Source of the DNA: a virus
Virus record (IMG/VR): IMGVR_UViG_3300010885_020868
Span: 2,676-66,675 of that record
Length of the DNA: 64,000 bases
Reading direction: 5' to 3' (one strand)
Position 1 is the first letter of the stretch; each line of letters begins with the position of its first letter. The notes under the pieces were generated by a model, which saw only the letters and a list, made by a program, of their open reading frames with translations, did no database searches and was not told the DNA's origin. Position numbers and translations under genes: made by a program. Below, piece after piece: positions 9,026 through 19,200 of this stretch.

Positions 9026-10351
9026 ATGAATATCGAGAAATCACATTGGTCTAGTGAGGGTGAAAACCTTCACTTATCAGTTCCATTCACAAAGGTAAAC
9101 CGAGAGAAAAGAACAGTCTCTGGTTTTGCTACATTGGATAATGTAGATCAGACAGGCGATGTTGTAACTGCCGAAGCTAGCATTAAGGCATTTGAAAATT
9201 TTAGAGGCAACCTCCGTGAAATGCATCAAGCAGTTGCAGTGGGCAAAGTTGTTTCATTTAAGCCAGAAACTTATTATGATCAGGCTACTAAGAAATTTTA
9301 TAATGGAGTTTATGTAACTTCATACATATCAAAGGGAGCACAGGATACTTGGGAAAAAGTTCTTGACGGGACCCTTGCTGGTTTTTCAATCGGTGGAAAG
9401 ATTAAAGATTCAGATAATGAAGTTAACAAAGCAACAGGAAAATCAGTTCGTTTTATTAAAGACTATGACCTAGTTGAACTATCAATTGTTGATTCTCCAG
9501 CAAATGAATTATGTAATATTTTTTCAATTGAAAAAGTTAATGGCGCAATGGTTTATAAAGGTATTGCTGCAGAAATGAATACAGAAAATATTTTTTATTG
9601 TGAAGATAGTAATTCAGTTTTTATGTCAACTGAAAAAACATTTGACTCTCCAGTATCTGGAAAGCCAGCAGTTTTAATTGGTTGGGTAGAAACTGCAGAT
9701 GTAAATAAAGCGAAAGAAGTAGAAAAGATTCTTGATTCATTTAGATCAAGATTTACGTTGCCTGAAACACAAACAATTGCAAAACAGGCAAACGCAGAAG
9801 GAGGTAATGAAGTGTCAGAAAATATAGAAAACGTAGTTGCAGAAGATGCAGTAGCACCAGAAGCAATCGTAGAAGAAACACCAGTTGCTGCTGAAGAAGC
9901 ACCAGCTGTTGAAGAAGCTCCTGCAGAAGATGCAGTAGCAGACGCTTCTGCTGAATCTCTGGAAAAGGCAGCCAATGTATCAGAAGTTATGGTTGATGAA
10001 CCTGATTTTGCAAAAATGTTAGGTGATTTAAAAGGCTTTTTCTCAGAAACTCTATTCAAGGCGTCAGAAACAAATGCTGCACAGGTAACTGCTATCAAAG
10101 ATACAGTAGAATCTTTCAGCAAGAGTGTTGATACTAGAATTTCAGAGTTGGCAGAACAACATACAGCACTATCAGCTGCTGTAAATGAAATCAAGGGCAC
10201 CATTGATGGTGTTCAAAAGCGTGTAGATGCTGTTGAAGGCGAAACCGCAATTAAGAAGTCTTCAGATCTTGGCGGATCTGAAGTTGTAACAAAATCAAAA
10301 TCAAAATGGAACGGTTCTTTCCTCGGTTCCGTAAATGAAATATTTAACTAA
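9026..10351 (+). CDS. Prohead maturation protease fused to scaffold-like C-terminal domain
   Basis: VSGFAT..D...D, REMH, GFSIGG, ELSIVD.PAN (HK97/S78-type); acidic A/E/P linker then coiled coil. Confidence 0.88.
   Translation: MNIEKSHWSSEGENLHLSVPFTKVNREKRTVSGFATLDNVDQTGDVVTAEASIKAFENFRGNLREMHQAVAVGKVVSFKPETYYDQATKKFYNGVYVTSYISKGAQDTWEKVLDGTLAGFSIGGKIKDSDNEVNKATGKSVRFIKDYDLVELSIVDSPANELCNIFSIEKVNGAMVYKGIAAEMNTENIFYCEDSNSVFMSTEKTFDSPVSGKPAVLIGWVETADVNKAKEVEKILDSFRSRFTLPETQTIAKQANAEGGNEVSENIENVVAEDAVAPEAIVEETPVAAEEAPAVEEAPAEDAVADASAESLEKAANVSEVMVDEPDFAKMLGDLKGFFSETLFKASETNAAQVTAIKDTVESFSKSVDTRISELAEQHTALSAAVNEIKGTIDGVQKRVDAVEGETAIKKSSDLGGSEVVTKSKSKWNGSFLGSVNEIFN
9812..10351 (+). CDS. Putative nested scaffolding protein (in-frame internal GTG start)
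   Basis: Strong SD AAGGAGGT (ends 9805) 6 nt upstream of in-frame GTG 9812. Confidence 0.55.
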   Translation: MSENIENVVAEDAVAPEAIVEETPVAAEEAPAVEEAPAEDAVADASAESLEKAANVSEVMVDEPDFAKMLGDLKGFFSETLFKASETNAAQVTAIKDTVESFSKSVDTRISELAEQHTALSAAVNEIKGTIDGVQKRVDAVEGETAIKKSSDLGGSEVVTKSKSKWNGSFLGSVNEIFN

Positions 10352-10366
10352 GGTAGGTAAAAAATA

Positions 10367-11413
10367 ATGAGCAATGAACTATTAAAAGATATTGCAGCTG
10401 GCGCAGTAGCGACAGCAGGATTCGCTTCCACTTCAGGTGGAACAGGAATTCACACCGCTTCCGAAAACGGCAACGGTGGTTTACTTAACCCAGAACAATC
10501 AGCTCGCTTCCTAGACTATATGTTCGACGCAACCGTAATTGGTAAGGTCGCACGTACAGTACGCATGAAGGCAGATACAACCGAGATTGATCGTATTGGT
10601 GTTGGCGAGAAGCTTATGAAGCTCGCTACAGAAGGTTCAGATACCGCAACAAACGGTGCTGTAACATTCTCAAAGATTTCTTTGACAACAAAGAAACTTC
10701 GCATGGATTGGGAACTTTCAACTGAGTCTCTAGAAGACAACATTGAAGGTCCAGATCTAGAAGATCATATTGCACGTATGATGGCAACACAAGCTGGTAA
10801 TGACATTGAAGACGTAGTTCTTAATGGTAATACCGCATTGTCATCAGACGCACTTTACAAGTCATTCAATGGTATTGTAAAGAAGGCTAAGACCTATGGT
10901 AATGTTGTAGATGCAGGTGGAGCAGCCGTTTCTCGTGCTGTATTCAACTCAGCTCTTAAGGCACTTCCACGTAAGTACAAGCAACGTCGTACAGACCTTC
11001 GCTTCCTTGCTGGTTCAAACCTGGTCCAAGACTTCCTATATAACAACAGCATTGGAACAAACCAAACAATTCCACAGGATATTGCTTCAAGCATAATCCG
11101 TGGTGAGGTTGCCCCACTAGGCGGACCTGCAGGATACGTAGCTCCTTACGCATTTGGTATTCCAATTGTTGAAGTTCCGCTACTTCCAGAGACACAGACT
11201 GGCGACTACTCAGGCGCAACTGGTTCACACGGAGATATCCACTTGACATTCCCAAATAACGTTGTTATTGGTATCAAGCGTGATGTAACTGTATATCGTT
11301 TCTTCTGGCCACGTAAAGACTCAATCGAATATACAATGTATACTCGCGTTGGTGTCCAAATCGAACAAGCAAATGCTTGGGTTGTAGTAAAGAACGTTAA
11401 GGTTGCTTCTTAA
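10367..11413 (+). CDS. Major capsid protein (HK97 fold)
   Basis: GGLLNPEQS.RF, ELSTESLEDNIEG, NDIE..VLNG; strong codon bias; followed by terminator. Confidence 0.92.
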   Translation: MSNELLKDIAAGAVATAGFASTSGGTGIHTASENGNGGLLNPEQSARFLDYMFDATVIGKVARTVRMKADTTEIDRIGVGEKLMKLATEGSDTATNGAVTFSKISLTTKKLRMDWELSTESLEDNIEGPDLEDHIARMMATQAGNDIEDVVLNGNTALSSDALYKSFNGIVKKAKTYGNVVDAGGAAVSRAVFNSALKALPRKYKQRRTDLRFLAGSNLVQDFLYNNSIGTNQTIPQDIASSIIRGEVAPLGGPAGYVAPYAFGIPIVEVPLLPETQTGDYSGATGSHGDIHLTFPNNVVIGIKRDVTVYRFFWPRKDSIEYTMYTRVGVQIEQANAWVVVKNVKVAS

Positions 11414-11427
11414 TTAGAACAGCTATA

Positions 11428-11464
11428 GAAAGGCCCCCGATTAATTTCGGGGGCTTTTCATTTT
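11428..11464 (+). terminator. Rho-independent terminator
   Basis: GAAAGGCCCCCGA-ttaatt-TCGGGGGCTTTTC followed by ATTTT. Confidence 0.85.
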
Positions 11465-11510
11465 AATTTACTAATGCTATAATAAACATACCTAGACTAA
11501 GGAGATTACC

Positions 11511-11915
11511 ATGTCATTCGAGACATTAAAAGTTGCAGAATTAAGAAAAGTTGCAGAAGATTTTGCCGTAGACACAGACGGCTTAAAGAATAAAAATGAT
11601 ATTATTGCGGCATTATCAGAAGAAGGCGTGACCTGGGCTGTATATGCTAAGACGCTTAAGGATATTGAAAAGGCGGAAGAAGAAGATATTTCTGATGAGA
11701 TACTTCCTAAGTTTGATCCAAAGAAGGATCAGGCAGAGGACACGGTACTTGTTAGAATGACTAGAGCTAATTTCAGATACGATATTTTAGGACATACCTT
11801 TACAAAGGATCATCCTTTTATTGCTATGAATGAAAAAGATGCTCAATCAATTTTTGACAAGGAGGAAGGTTTTAGATTAGCTACCCCAAAAGAGGTTCAA
11901 GAGTTTTATAACTAA
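11511..11915 (+). CDS. Hypothetical virion-associated protein with N-terminal HeH/Rho-N-like motif
   Basis: LKVAELRKVA...KNDIIAAL; TGCTATAAT promoter at 11475 and AGGAG SD. Confidence 0.6.
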   Translation: MSFETLKVAELRKVAEDFAVDTDGLKNKNDIIAALSEEGVTWAVYAKTLKDIEKAEEEDISDEILPKFDPKKDQAEDTVLVRMTRANFRYDILGHTFTKDHPFIAMNEKDAQSIFDKEEGFRLATPKEVQEFYN

Positions 11916-11930
11916 TCATTACCAAATATA

Positions 11931-12917
11931 ATGGCTGAAGTTTATACAGAAAGTAGTACCCCCGTTAAAACTAAGATTTTTTACGGAGGAGAGGTAGTAG
12001 ACGCAGACGGAGCTGTTTCTGTAACTATTTATGATGTTACAGAAGATCCAGCAATTGTTCCTTCGCTGAATCCCACCACCTCACTTGCTGTATTAACAGC
12101 AACTAAGTTAGACAATGATTTTGGAACATATCAAATTATTCTTCCAAGGACATATACAACCAGACAAAGAAAATTTAAATTTGTCTGGAGTTACCTTATA
12201 AATTCAGTTGCTCATTATTATACAACTTACACAGATGTAGTTACCCCATATGCTAATTTAGCAGAAGTCTATGAAGACTTAAATATTGGAACAGATCCTA
12301 GCGATCCAAATTACAAGACGTATCATGAATTAAGAATGGCAGAAAAGTACGGAAGAAAGATAATTGAAAATTATTGTAATCAGCAATTTTCTGTATATGA
12401 TGATGTTCAAGTTGCATATGGAGCTGGAACAGATATTCTTCCACTGCCCTTTAAGTTGCTACAGATACATGAGATATACGCAAACGATATCTTGCTAATA
12501 GATAATGTTAACTCAATTAATAATTGGAATTATCATCCAGTAATATCAGAGACTGGATTTGGAGTTAGAGTGGACAGAACTTATGATCTGGACAATACAG
12601 TTTATATTGCTAATGGCATGGTTCCTCCAACAGTAAATGATTTAAATTATGGCGGAGCATTTCAAAAAAATGTAAGATATAAAATTCAGGGTAAATTTGG
12701 CTGGGATAAAGTTCCAGATAATGTTGAAGAAGCCTGTATTGTTTTAATGAAAGATTACTTCTCTAAAGATCAGCGCTGGAAAGAAAAATATATTAAAAAC
12801 GTACAAGCATTTGACTGGAAGTTTGAATATACTGGCGATGCCTATAAGGGTACAGGTAATCTATATGCCGACCAATTATTAAACCCATATGTAGTAAATG
12901 GTATGGTTGTAATCTAA
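11931..12917 (+). CDS. Head-to-tail adaptor
   Basis: A...IENYC.Q.F, G.FGW..VPDNVEEA, TGNLYADQLL.PY; synteny. Confidence 0.7.
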   Translation: MAEVYTESSTPVKTKIFYGGEVVDADGAVSVTIYDVTEDPAIVPSLNPTTSLAVLTATKLDNDFGTYQIILPRTYTTRQRKFKFVWSYLINSVAHYYTTYTDVVTPYANLAEVYEDLNIGTDPSDPNYKTYHELRMAEKYGRKIIENYCNQQFSVYDDVQVAYGAGTDILPLPFKLLQIHEIYANDILLIDNVNSINNWNYHPVISETGFGVRVDRTYDLDNTVYIANGMVPPTVNDLNYGGAFQKNVRYKIQGKFGWDKVPDNVEEACIVLMKDYFSKDQRWKEKYIKNVQAFDWKFEYTGDAYKGTGNLYADQLLNPYVVNGMVVI

Positions 12918-13345
12918 TGAATGATTTAATTTATCCAATGCTCTATATGAAAATGGATGTATATAGGCAAGTAGATTCTCAAGATGCATCTACTGGAGCA
13001 ATTAAGAAAGAATGGAATTTTTACGAGACTATTCCATGTAGCGCTAAAGGAACTATTACTAATTCTTCTACATCAAGAGGCGGAGACAAAGAAGTATACT
13101 CTACTAAATATGCTTATAATCAATTCATAGATGTTAGAACTTTAAGAAAATTAAACTCAAGAGAAAAAATAACCAATATCTCAAATCAAGCAGGAGAAGT
13201 TATTTGGGAAGAACTAAATTATCCCACTAGCACTCCGACAGTATTTGAAGTAACAGGAACAACTCCAATCACCGACCCGTTTGGCAGTATCCTAGGATAT
13301 AACTCAACTCTTAAGAGATCGGAAAATCAACAAATTGGCATCTAG
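12917..13345 (+). CDS. Head-to-tail stopper / head closure protein
   Basis: DVYRQ...D..TG....W; size and synteny. Confidence 0.6.
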   Translation: MNDLIYPMLYMKMDVYRQVDSQDASTGAIKKEWNFYETIPCSAKGTITNSSTSRGGDKEVYSTKYAYNQFIDVRTLRKLNSREKITNISNQAGEVIWEELNYPTSTPTVFEVTGTTPITDPFGSILGYNSTLKRSENQQIGI

Positions 13346-14120
13346 CCAATTGCTAGTCCAGGCTGCTAGCGGCCTAGAAAAATTAATGGTCGGTAGCGGA
13401 AACGGTGCTCTTAAAGATAGTACAGTCGCTCAAATATCAGCAGCAATATATTATCAGGCAAATGTCTTATCACAGGTAACAACAAATAATGGATTTGAAG
13501 CTTTGTTTGCTAAAACACTCTTTAATCAAATAAACAAAGATTTTGGATTATATATAGATGCTCAGGCAAGAATGAAACCAAAGGCTTTGCACCATGTTTA
13601 CGAATGGGATGATACTGGAAATTCAACAAAAAGACTTTTTAGACTAAGTAAAAAAATGTCTAATGGATTAAGTTTTCAAATTGGATATAAATTTATTTTA
13701 TCTAAAACGGCTCCATTAAAAACAAGAAATCAAAAAAGATATGTATTTAAAAATAAAGCCTCTATCATGGAACAAGGAATACCCGTTATAATCACTCCAA
13801 GGACCCCTGGAGGCCGCTTAGTGTTTGAGTACATGGGAGAACCTATGTTTATGCCAAAGGGGGCTTCAGTGACCGTACAACGCCCTGGAGGACGTGCAGC
13901 AACTCATCAATTTAAATTACATTATGCTAAATTTTTTACAGGAGATTTAGTTAATCTATCAATTAAAAAATCGGGATTCCAAAGAATATTTAATGATAGA
14001 ATAGCTAGAGCAATGGGATTACCTTTAAATATTAGAAAGGTTAAATATTCATTCTCGCCAAATGCGGTAAGGATGCAATCTTTGTCAGCAGTACAGGCAG
14101 CATTTGGAGGAATACTATGA
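13335..14120 (+). CDS. Neck / tail completion protein (putative)
   Basis: Synteny; LHHVYEW and F.NKA.IME.G motifs. Confidence 0.5.
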   Translation: MASSQLLVQAASGLEKLMVGSGNGALKDSTVAQISAAIYYQANVLSQVTTNNGFEALFAKTLFNQINKDFGLYIDAQARMKPKALHHVYEWDDTGNSTKRLFRLSKKMSNGLSFQIGYKFILSKTAPLKTRNQKRYVFKNKASIMEQGIPVIITPRTPGGRLVFEYMGEPMFMPKGASVTVQRPGGRAATHQFKLHYAKFFTGDLVNLSIKKSGFQRIFNDRIARAMGLPLNIRKVKYSFSPNAVRMQSLSAVQAAFGGIL

Positions 14121-14629
14121 CAGTAAATTATAAATTAGACATGATTCATGATCTAAGAAAGCATCTTTGGAATGAATTAACCAGTAAAGAGATCTTTGAC
14201 CCACAAGATTATTATAGCGATAATATAGGTCAAGAGATTATTCCTATTATTCCTGTTCAGCAACAGCCAGAACTTAATCAATTTTTGAGCGGGAAGAAGC
14301 ACATAGTCTACGATAAAATAGGAATGTCTTATGAAGAAAATTGGGTTATATGCTGTGAGCAAATTCTATTTACAATCTATTCAACACAGGTCGACGAAAT
14401 CAATGAAATAAGAAACTTAATGGTAGATACATTTAGAAGAATGGATGAGTCGGCTAAAGACGTCAATAGCTATAACGCAATATCTGGAGCATTTAAATTC
14501 TATAGTATTTATGTAGCAGATATATCTAGCACATCCCCATCAGAAGAAGTTCAAGGATTCTTGTCAACAGACGTTATTTTAGAGGTTAAATACTCTAGGC
14601 ATATATCACCAGACGGAAGATTTATATAG
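14117..14629 (+). CDS. Tail terminator protein (putative)
   Basis: Size and position directly before major tail protein. Confidence 0.55.
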   Translation: MTVNYKLDMIHDLRKHLWNELTSKEIFDPQDYYSDNIGQEIIPIIPVQQQPELNQFLSGKKHIVYDKIGMSYEENWVICCEQILFTIYSTQVDEINEIRNLMVDTFRRMDESAKDVNSYNAISGAFKFYSIYVADISSTSPSEEVQGFLSTDVILEVKYSRHISPDGRFI

Positions 14630-14630
14630 T

Positions 14631-14659
14631 TTGCCTTTAGGCGCATTATAGCGTATTAT
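14631..14659 (+). promoter_or_regulatory. Putative promoter for major tail gene
   Basis: TTGCCT-17-TATTAT. Confidence 0.5.
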
Positions 14660-14729
14660 TGCTTATAGAGGAAAGGGCCTAGCCAGCCAAAATGATTTAA
14701 AAATTTATTCTTAACAGGAGGTAGTAAAA

Positions 14730-15443
14730 ATGGCAATTAATTCAGCCAAAAATATTCTCGTAGGTGCTTCACCACTGTATTTATCAACAAAAGATTCTAC
14801 AGACAACGCTTACGTAGAAAATATGCTTGAAGCAGGTACAGTTGCATTTACAAAAGGTGCAAAGGCATCAGCAGCACTAGATGCTTCAGCAAATGTTCGT
14901 AACGTAGGATTCACAAATAATGGACTTCAGATTACTTACAACCCAACATACGATTCAGTAACAGTAGATCAGCTTCTAGATACAGCAAAGCTTTTCAAGT
15001 CAGCAATGGAAGTTATGATTGCAACAGAACTAGCAGAAGGAACACTTACAAACGTTCTAGCAGTATTTGGACAAGGCGCATCTACACTTACAAAGGATGG
15101 ATCTGCATCAACAGATGCATATCCAACAAAGGGCGCAACTAGCGCTGACAACAAGGACCTAGTACTAGGAATGGAAGCAGGATCTCTTGGTATTCAACCA
15201 GTAGAGCGTCAGCTATTCGCAGTAGGCCAGGCCCCAACACTAGCAAAGAATGCATCTGCAGCTGAAGTATCTGCAACAACAGAGCGTGTATATTATGCAC
15301 GTCGTGTTTTGTCAGTACAACAGTCACAATTCTCACTTGCTCGTAACGCAGCTTCAACATTTCCTGTAACATTCCGTCTGCTTCCAGACAATGCTTATGC
15401 AGGTTCAGAATATGGCAAGATTATTGACCGCGTAAGCGCTTAA
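14730..15443 (+). CDS. Major tail (tube) protein
   Basis: NILVGA, VGFT.NGL, VDQL, T.LAE.TL.N, FPVTFRLLP; strong SD; biased codons; terminator follows. Confidence 0.85.
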   Translation: MAINSAKNILVGASPLYLSTKDSTDNAYVENMLEAGTVAFTKGAKASAALDASANVRNVGFTNNGLQITYNPTYDSVTVDQLLDTAKLFKSAMEVMIATELAEGTLTNVLAVFGQGASTLTKDGSASTDAYPTKGATSADNKDLVLGMEAGSLGIQPVERQLFAVGQAPTLAKNASAAEVSATTERVYYARRVLSVQQSQFSLARNAASTFPVTFRLLPDNAYAGSEYGKIIDRVSA

Positions 15444-15462
15444 TTTAATTATATTTAAATAA

Positions 15463-15496
15463 AGAATTCCCCCCAGAAATGGGGGGTTTTCTATTT
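15463..15496 (+). terminator. Rho-independent terminator
   Basis: AGAATTCCCCCCA-gaaa-TGGGGGGTTTTCT-ATTT. Confidence 0.85.
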
Positions 15497-15550
15497 GTAG
15501 TGATAAAACCTATATGTTATAATAATTAAGACAATCCTAGGAGGATACAA

Positions 15551-15883
15551 TTGGCAACCACAGTATACGATGTAGAAGAAATTACATTACAAAATGGCGC
15601 AGTAGTCAAACTAAAGCCGCTCACAATTAAAGAGCTAAGAAAGTTCATGGCGGCAATTCAAAAAACCGCAACGGCAGAAACAGAAGATGAGACTCTAACA
15701 ATTCTAATTGATGCTTGTGCAGTAGCACTAGAAAAGCAACTGCCAGAATTAACTAAAGATAGAGACGCATTTGAAGATGTTTTGGACGTTCCAACAATCA
15801 ACCGCATTCTTGAAATTTGCGGAGGTATTAAGATGGACGACCCAAACCTTCTAGCGGCAGCGGTTCTGGCTGGTCAGAACTAG
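15551..15883 (+). CDS. Tail assembly chaperone (gpG-like)
   Basis: Between major tail and TMP; TTG start with GGAGG SD; ends shortly after slippery site. Confidence 0.8.
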   Translation: MATTVYDVEEITLQNGAVVKLKPLTIKELRKFMAAIQKTATAETEDETLTILIDACAVALEKQLPELTKDRDAFEDVLDVPTINRILEICGGIKMDDPNLLAAAVLAGQN

Positions 15884-16209
15884 ATTTAGCCGCATTAGAA
15901 GGGGAAGTTTTTCTTTTAGGTAATTGGAAAAATTACGAAGAACTAGAAGATAATCTTTCAATGCCAGAACTAGTACAAACTTTTAAAGCAATGCAAAAAA
16001 CTGAAGAAGATAAACGTAGATTTTTAGCTTCAATACAAGGCATTGATTTAAATGAAAATAAAGAAGAAGAAGGCACAACCTTCGATGATATACAAAGAAA
16101 AGCACTCGGAATAGAAGCAAGTGGAGACGATGTAGTTTCACTACAAGGAACATTTGCGGCACAAGCTGGATTTGGTATCGGAGCAGGATTGGGTTATTCT
16201 AAGGAGTAA
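15841..16209 (+). CDS. Tail assembly chaperone extension (gpGT-like) reached by -1 frameshift
   Basis: -1 frame is open from 15832 to TAA 16209; heptamer C-CCA-AAC at 15841-15847. Confidence 0.75.
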   Translation, partial: PKPSSGSGSGWSELDLAALEGEVFLLGNWKNYEELEDNLSMPELVQTFKAMQKTEEDKRRFLASIQGIDLNENKEEEGTTFDDIQRKALGIEASGDDVVSLQGTFAAQAGFGIGAGLGYSKE

Positions 16210-16214
16210 TATAG

Positions 16215-19200
16215 ATGGCTGATGAGCAGATAGTAACTAATATAGTTGCTCGTTCTGATTTCTCAGGTTTGATTGCAGATGTGCAACGAACCACGGCAGC
16301 GCTGGCTAAATTACAACAAGAATTATCCATAACAAATAAAACATTAGCAGCACAAGCTGGCCAGATTCAAAAGTCGTTTTCCGAGACACTTAGAAGCACT
16401 GGCCAGTTTTCTTCCCATTTTGTAACAGTAGGTTCACAAGTAGAAAGTTTTGGAAGAAGTTTAGATGGCGGAAAGTTAAAGTTAAAAGATTATTTTAGAA
16501 CATGGCAAGAGCACACAAGGACTTCAGGCGGATTAATCAGAGACCTTGCTAGACAGCAAGTATCACTTCAAAATGCTATTGTACAGCCATTAGGTAGAAC
16601 AGCTGATGGCTTAATGAAGTTTAATGTACAGGTTCCAAAGGGCTTAGACGCAGTAGCTAATAAAACAGCAATAGCTAAAAAAGAATTGCAAATTTATAAC
16701 AAAGTTATTCAGGACGGCGGAGTTCAATTAATTAACTGGGGTAAGAATACTCAGTGGGCAGGTCGTCAGTTAACAGTTGGATTAACCGTTCCACTGGCAG
16801 CATTTGGAATGGCGGCAGCTAAAGCATTTAGAGAAGCCGATCAAGAGCTTGTAAGACTAACAAAGGTTTACGGTGGAGTTGCAGCTACAAGTGCTGTTGA
16901 TTTAGCAAATGTAAGAAAAGATGTTTCTCAGACTGCTAGAGAATTAGCTGCGGCCTATGGCTCTTCATTTAAAGATACAATTTCTTTAGCTGCTGACATT
17001 GCCGCAACAGGGAAAACTGGTAATGAACTTTTAGTATCAACAAAAGAAACAACTAGATTAGCAGTACTTGGTGAAGTTGATAGACAAGATGCGATGAAAG
17101 CAACTTTAGCATTACAAAATGCTTTTAAACAGAGCACCACAGAGTTATCAGAATCAATTAACTTTCTTAACGCAGTTGAAAACCAAACATCAACAAGTCT
17201 TGGAGATTTAATTGAGGCAATTCCTAAAGCTGGTCCAGTAGTTCAAAGTTTGGGCGGAGACGTAAAAGACTTAGCACTTTATCTTACAGCAATGAAAGAA
17301 GGCGGAATTAATGCATCAGAAGGTGCAAATGCTTTAAAGTCTGCTTTAGCTTCTATGATTAATCCAACTAAAGTTGCTAGAGAAATGTTTTCTGGCCTTG
17401 GTATTGACTTAGGCGGAATTGTAACACAAAATGCGGGAAATTTAACAGCAACAATTACAGCGCTACAATCTTCTTTAGATAAACTAAATCCTCTACAAAA
17501 GTCACAGGCTATCGAACAGCTATTTGGTAAGTTTCAGTTTGCAAGATTATCAGCACTTTTTGAAAACTTAGGTAAAGAAGGATCCCAGACTCTTCAAGTC
17601 ATGGATTTAATGAAAGCAAGTAGTGCTGATTTAGCAAATGTAGCAGGCCGAGAATTATCACAGATTACTGAATCTGCTTCTGGTAAATATCAAAGAGCTC
17701 TTCAAACATTAAAGGCAGATTTAGCTGGAGTTGGAGAGTCTTTCTTAAATGTTCAAACATTCTTTTTAAATCTAACAAGCTCAGTAGTTAAGTTTATTGA
17801 AATGCTTCCTGGTCCAGTTAAATCAATGCTTACATTGGTAGCAGGAATTACTGCCTTGGCTGGACCAATCATTATGTTAACTGGCGTGTTTGCTAACTTC
17901 ATTGGTTATGTTATTAAAGGCATTGGCCACCTCAAAGCTTTATTTAGGGGCGGAGAAGGCTTTAAATTATTAACCCCAGAAATATTAGCAGCAAGTAAAG
18001 CTGGAAGTTTAGTAGAAAAAACATTCTATAGCGATGCAGCAGCAGCAGACATTCTAAGTGCTTCTCTTAAAAACTTAATTACAGAATTTACTATATTACA
18101 ACAAAAGGCTGCTTCTGGAGCCATATCAGTTCAACCGACAATTGCTACTCTAGCAGGAACTGTTGCGATGGCGGGAACTCCAGGAGGGATGTATAAAGGT
18201 GTAACTGTAGATCCAAACAACCCTCTTGTAGGCAGAATGGGAACAAGAGCAAGTGCTCATATGAATCCTGTTGGAAATATGACAGAAGCAGAAAGAGCAG
18301 CACAAACAATATTTGGCATGGTTCCAGGACCAATTCCAGTTAATAGAAAAATTGGAAGAAATCCTCAGATGTATGCCGATCATGGATTGCCAGCAATTCC
18401 TGGACTTACTACAATTGGCGGAGTATCAACAGGAGTAATTCCAGAAGAAGCAGCTAAATGGCATGCAATGACTGGTGCTATAGCAATGCAATCAGAAGCA
18501 GAAATTGCTCTATTAAAGAAAGAAGTTGCCGCAACTGGCACTGTAACACATGAACTTTCTGGTTCATATCAAGCACTTCTTCCAGAAATAACAAGGTTAA
18601 CAAAGTTGGCAGCTCAAGAAGGTGCGGCAATTGTTGCACAAACACAAGCTGGAGCAATTACAGTAGAGCAAGCTAGAGCAAAAATTGTAGCATTAAATGC
18701 TAGAGTAGAGGCAATGATTGCAGAAACAACTACACAAATTGCAATTACACAAGGTAGAACTGCAAATCTAACAATGGTTCCATTTACAAATCAGCCAGTA
18801 GTTGATCCAAAAACTGGCAAGTCAAATATGAAAGAGATGTTCCATAAAACTCCTACTGCGACATTAGTGGATAATGTTGCTAGAGCATTAGGCGGAATTA
18901 GAACTTCGGGCGGCGGCTTTAGTACAGAGACTACAATAAGACGTAATCAGGGCGGACCAATTTATCGTAATCAGGGTGGACCAATTTATTATAATGATGG
19001 TTCTAGATCAGTAGTTCCAGGACCAAATGTAAACGCAGATGTTGTTCCAGCAATGCTTACTCCAGGAGAGTTTGTTGTAAATAAAAAAGCAACACAAGCA
19101 AATCTGGGACTACTTCAATCTATTAACAGTGGTAAATTAGGAGGATCTGTATCTTCTTCTCAAGGTGGATACGGAGTAAGGCCATCTGCATTAGATATAT

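Noticed and set aside
9595-10203. 202-aa minus-strand ORF and other short antisense or alternate-frame ORFs in the track
   Set aside because: They are shadows of well-supported + strand genes, with no motifs or SD, and their composition mirrors the sense codon bias
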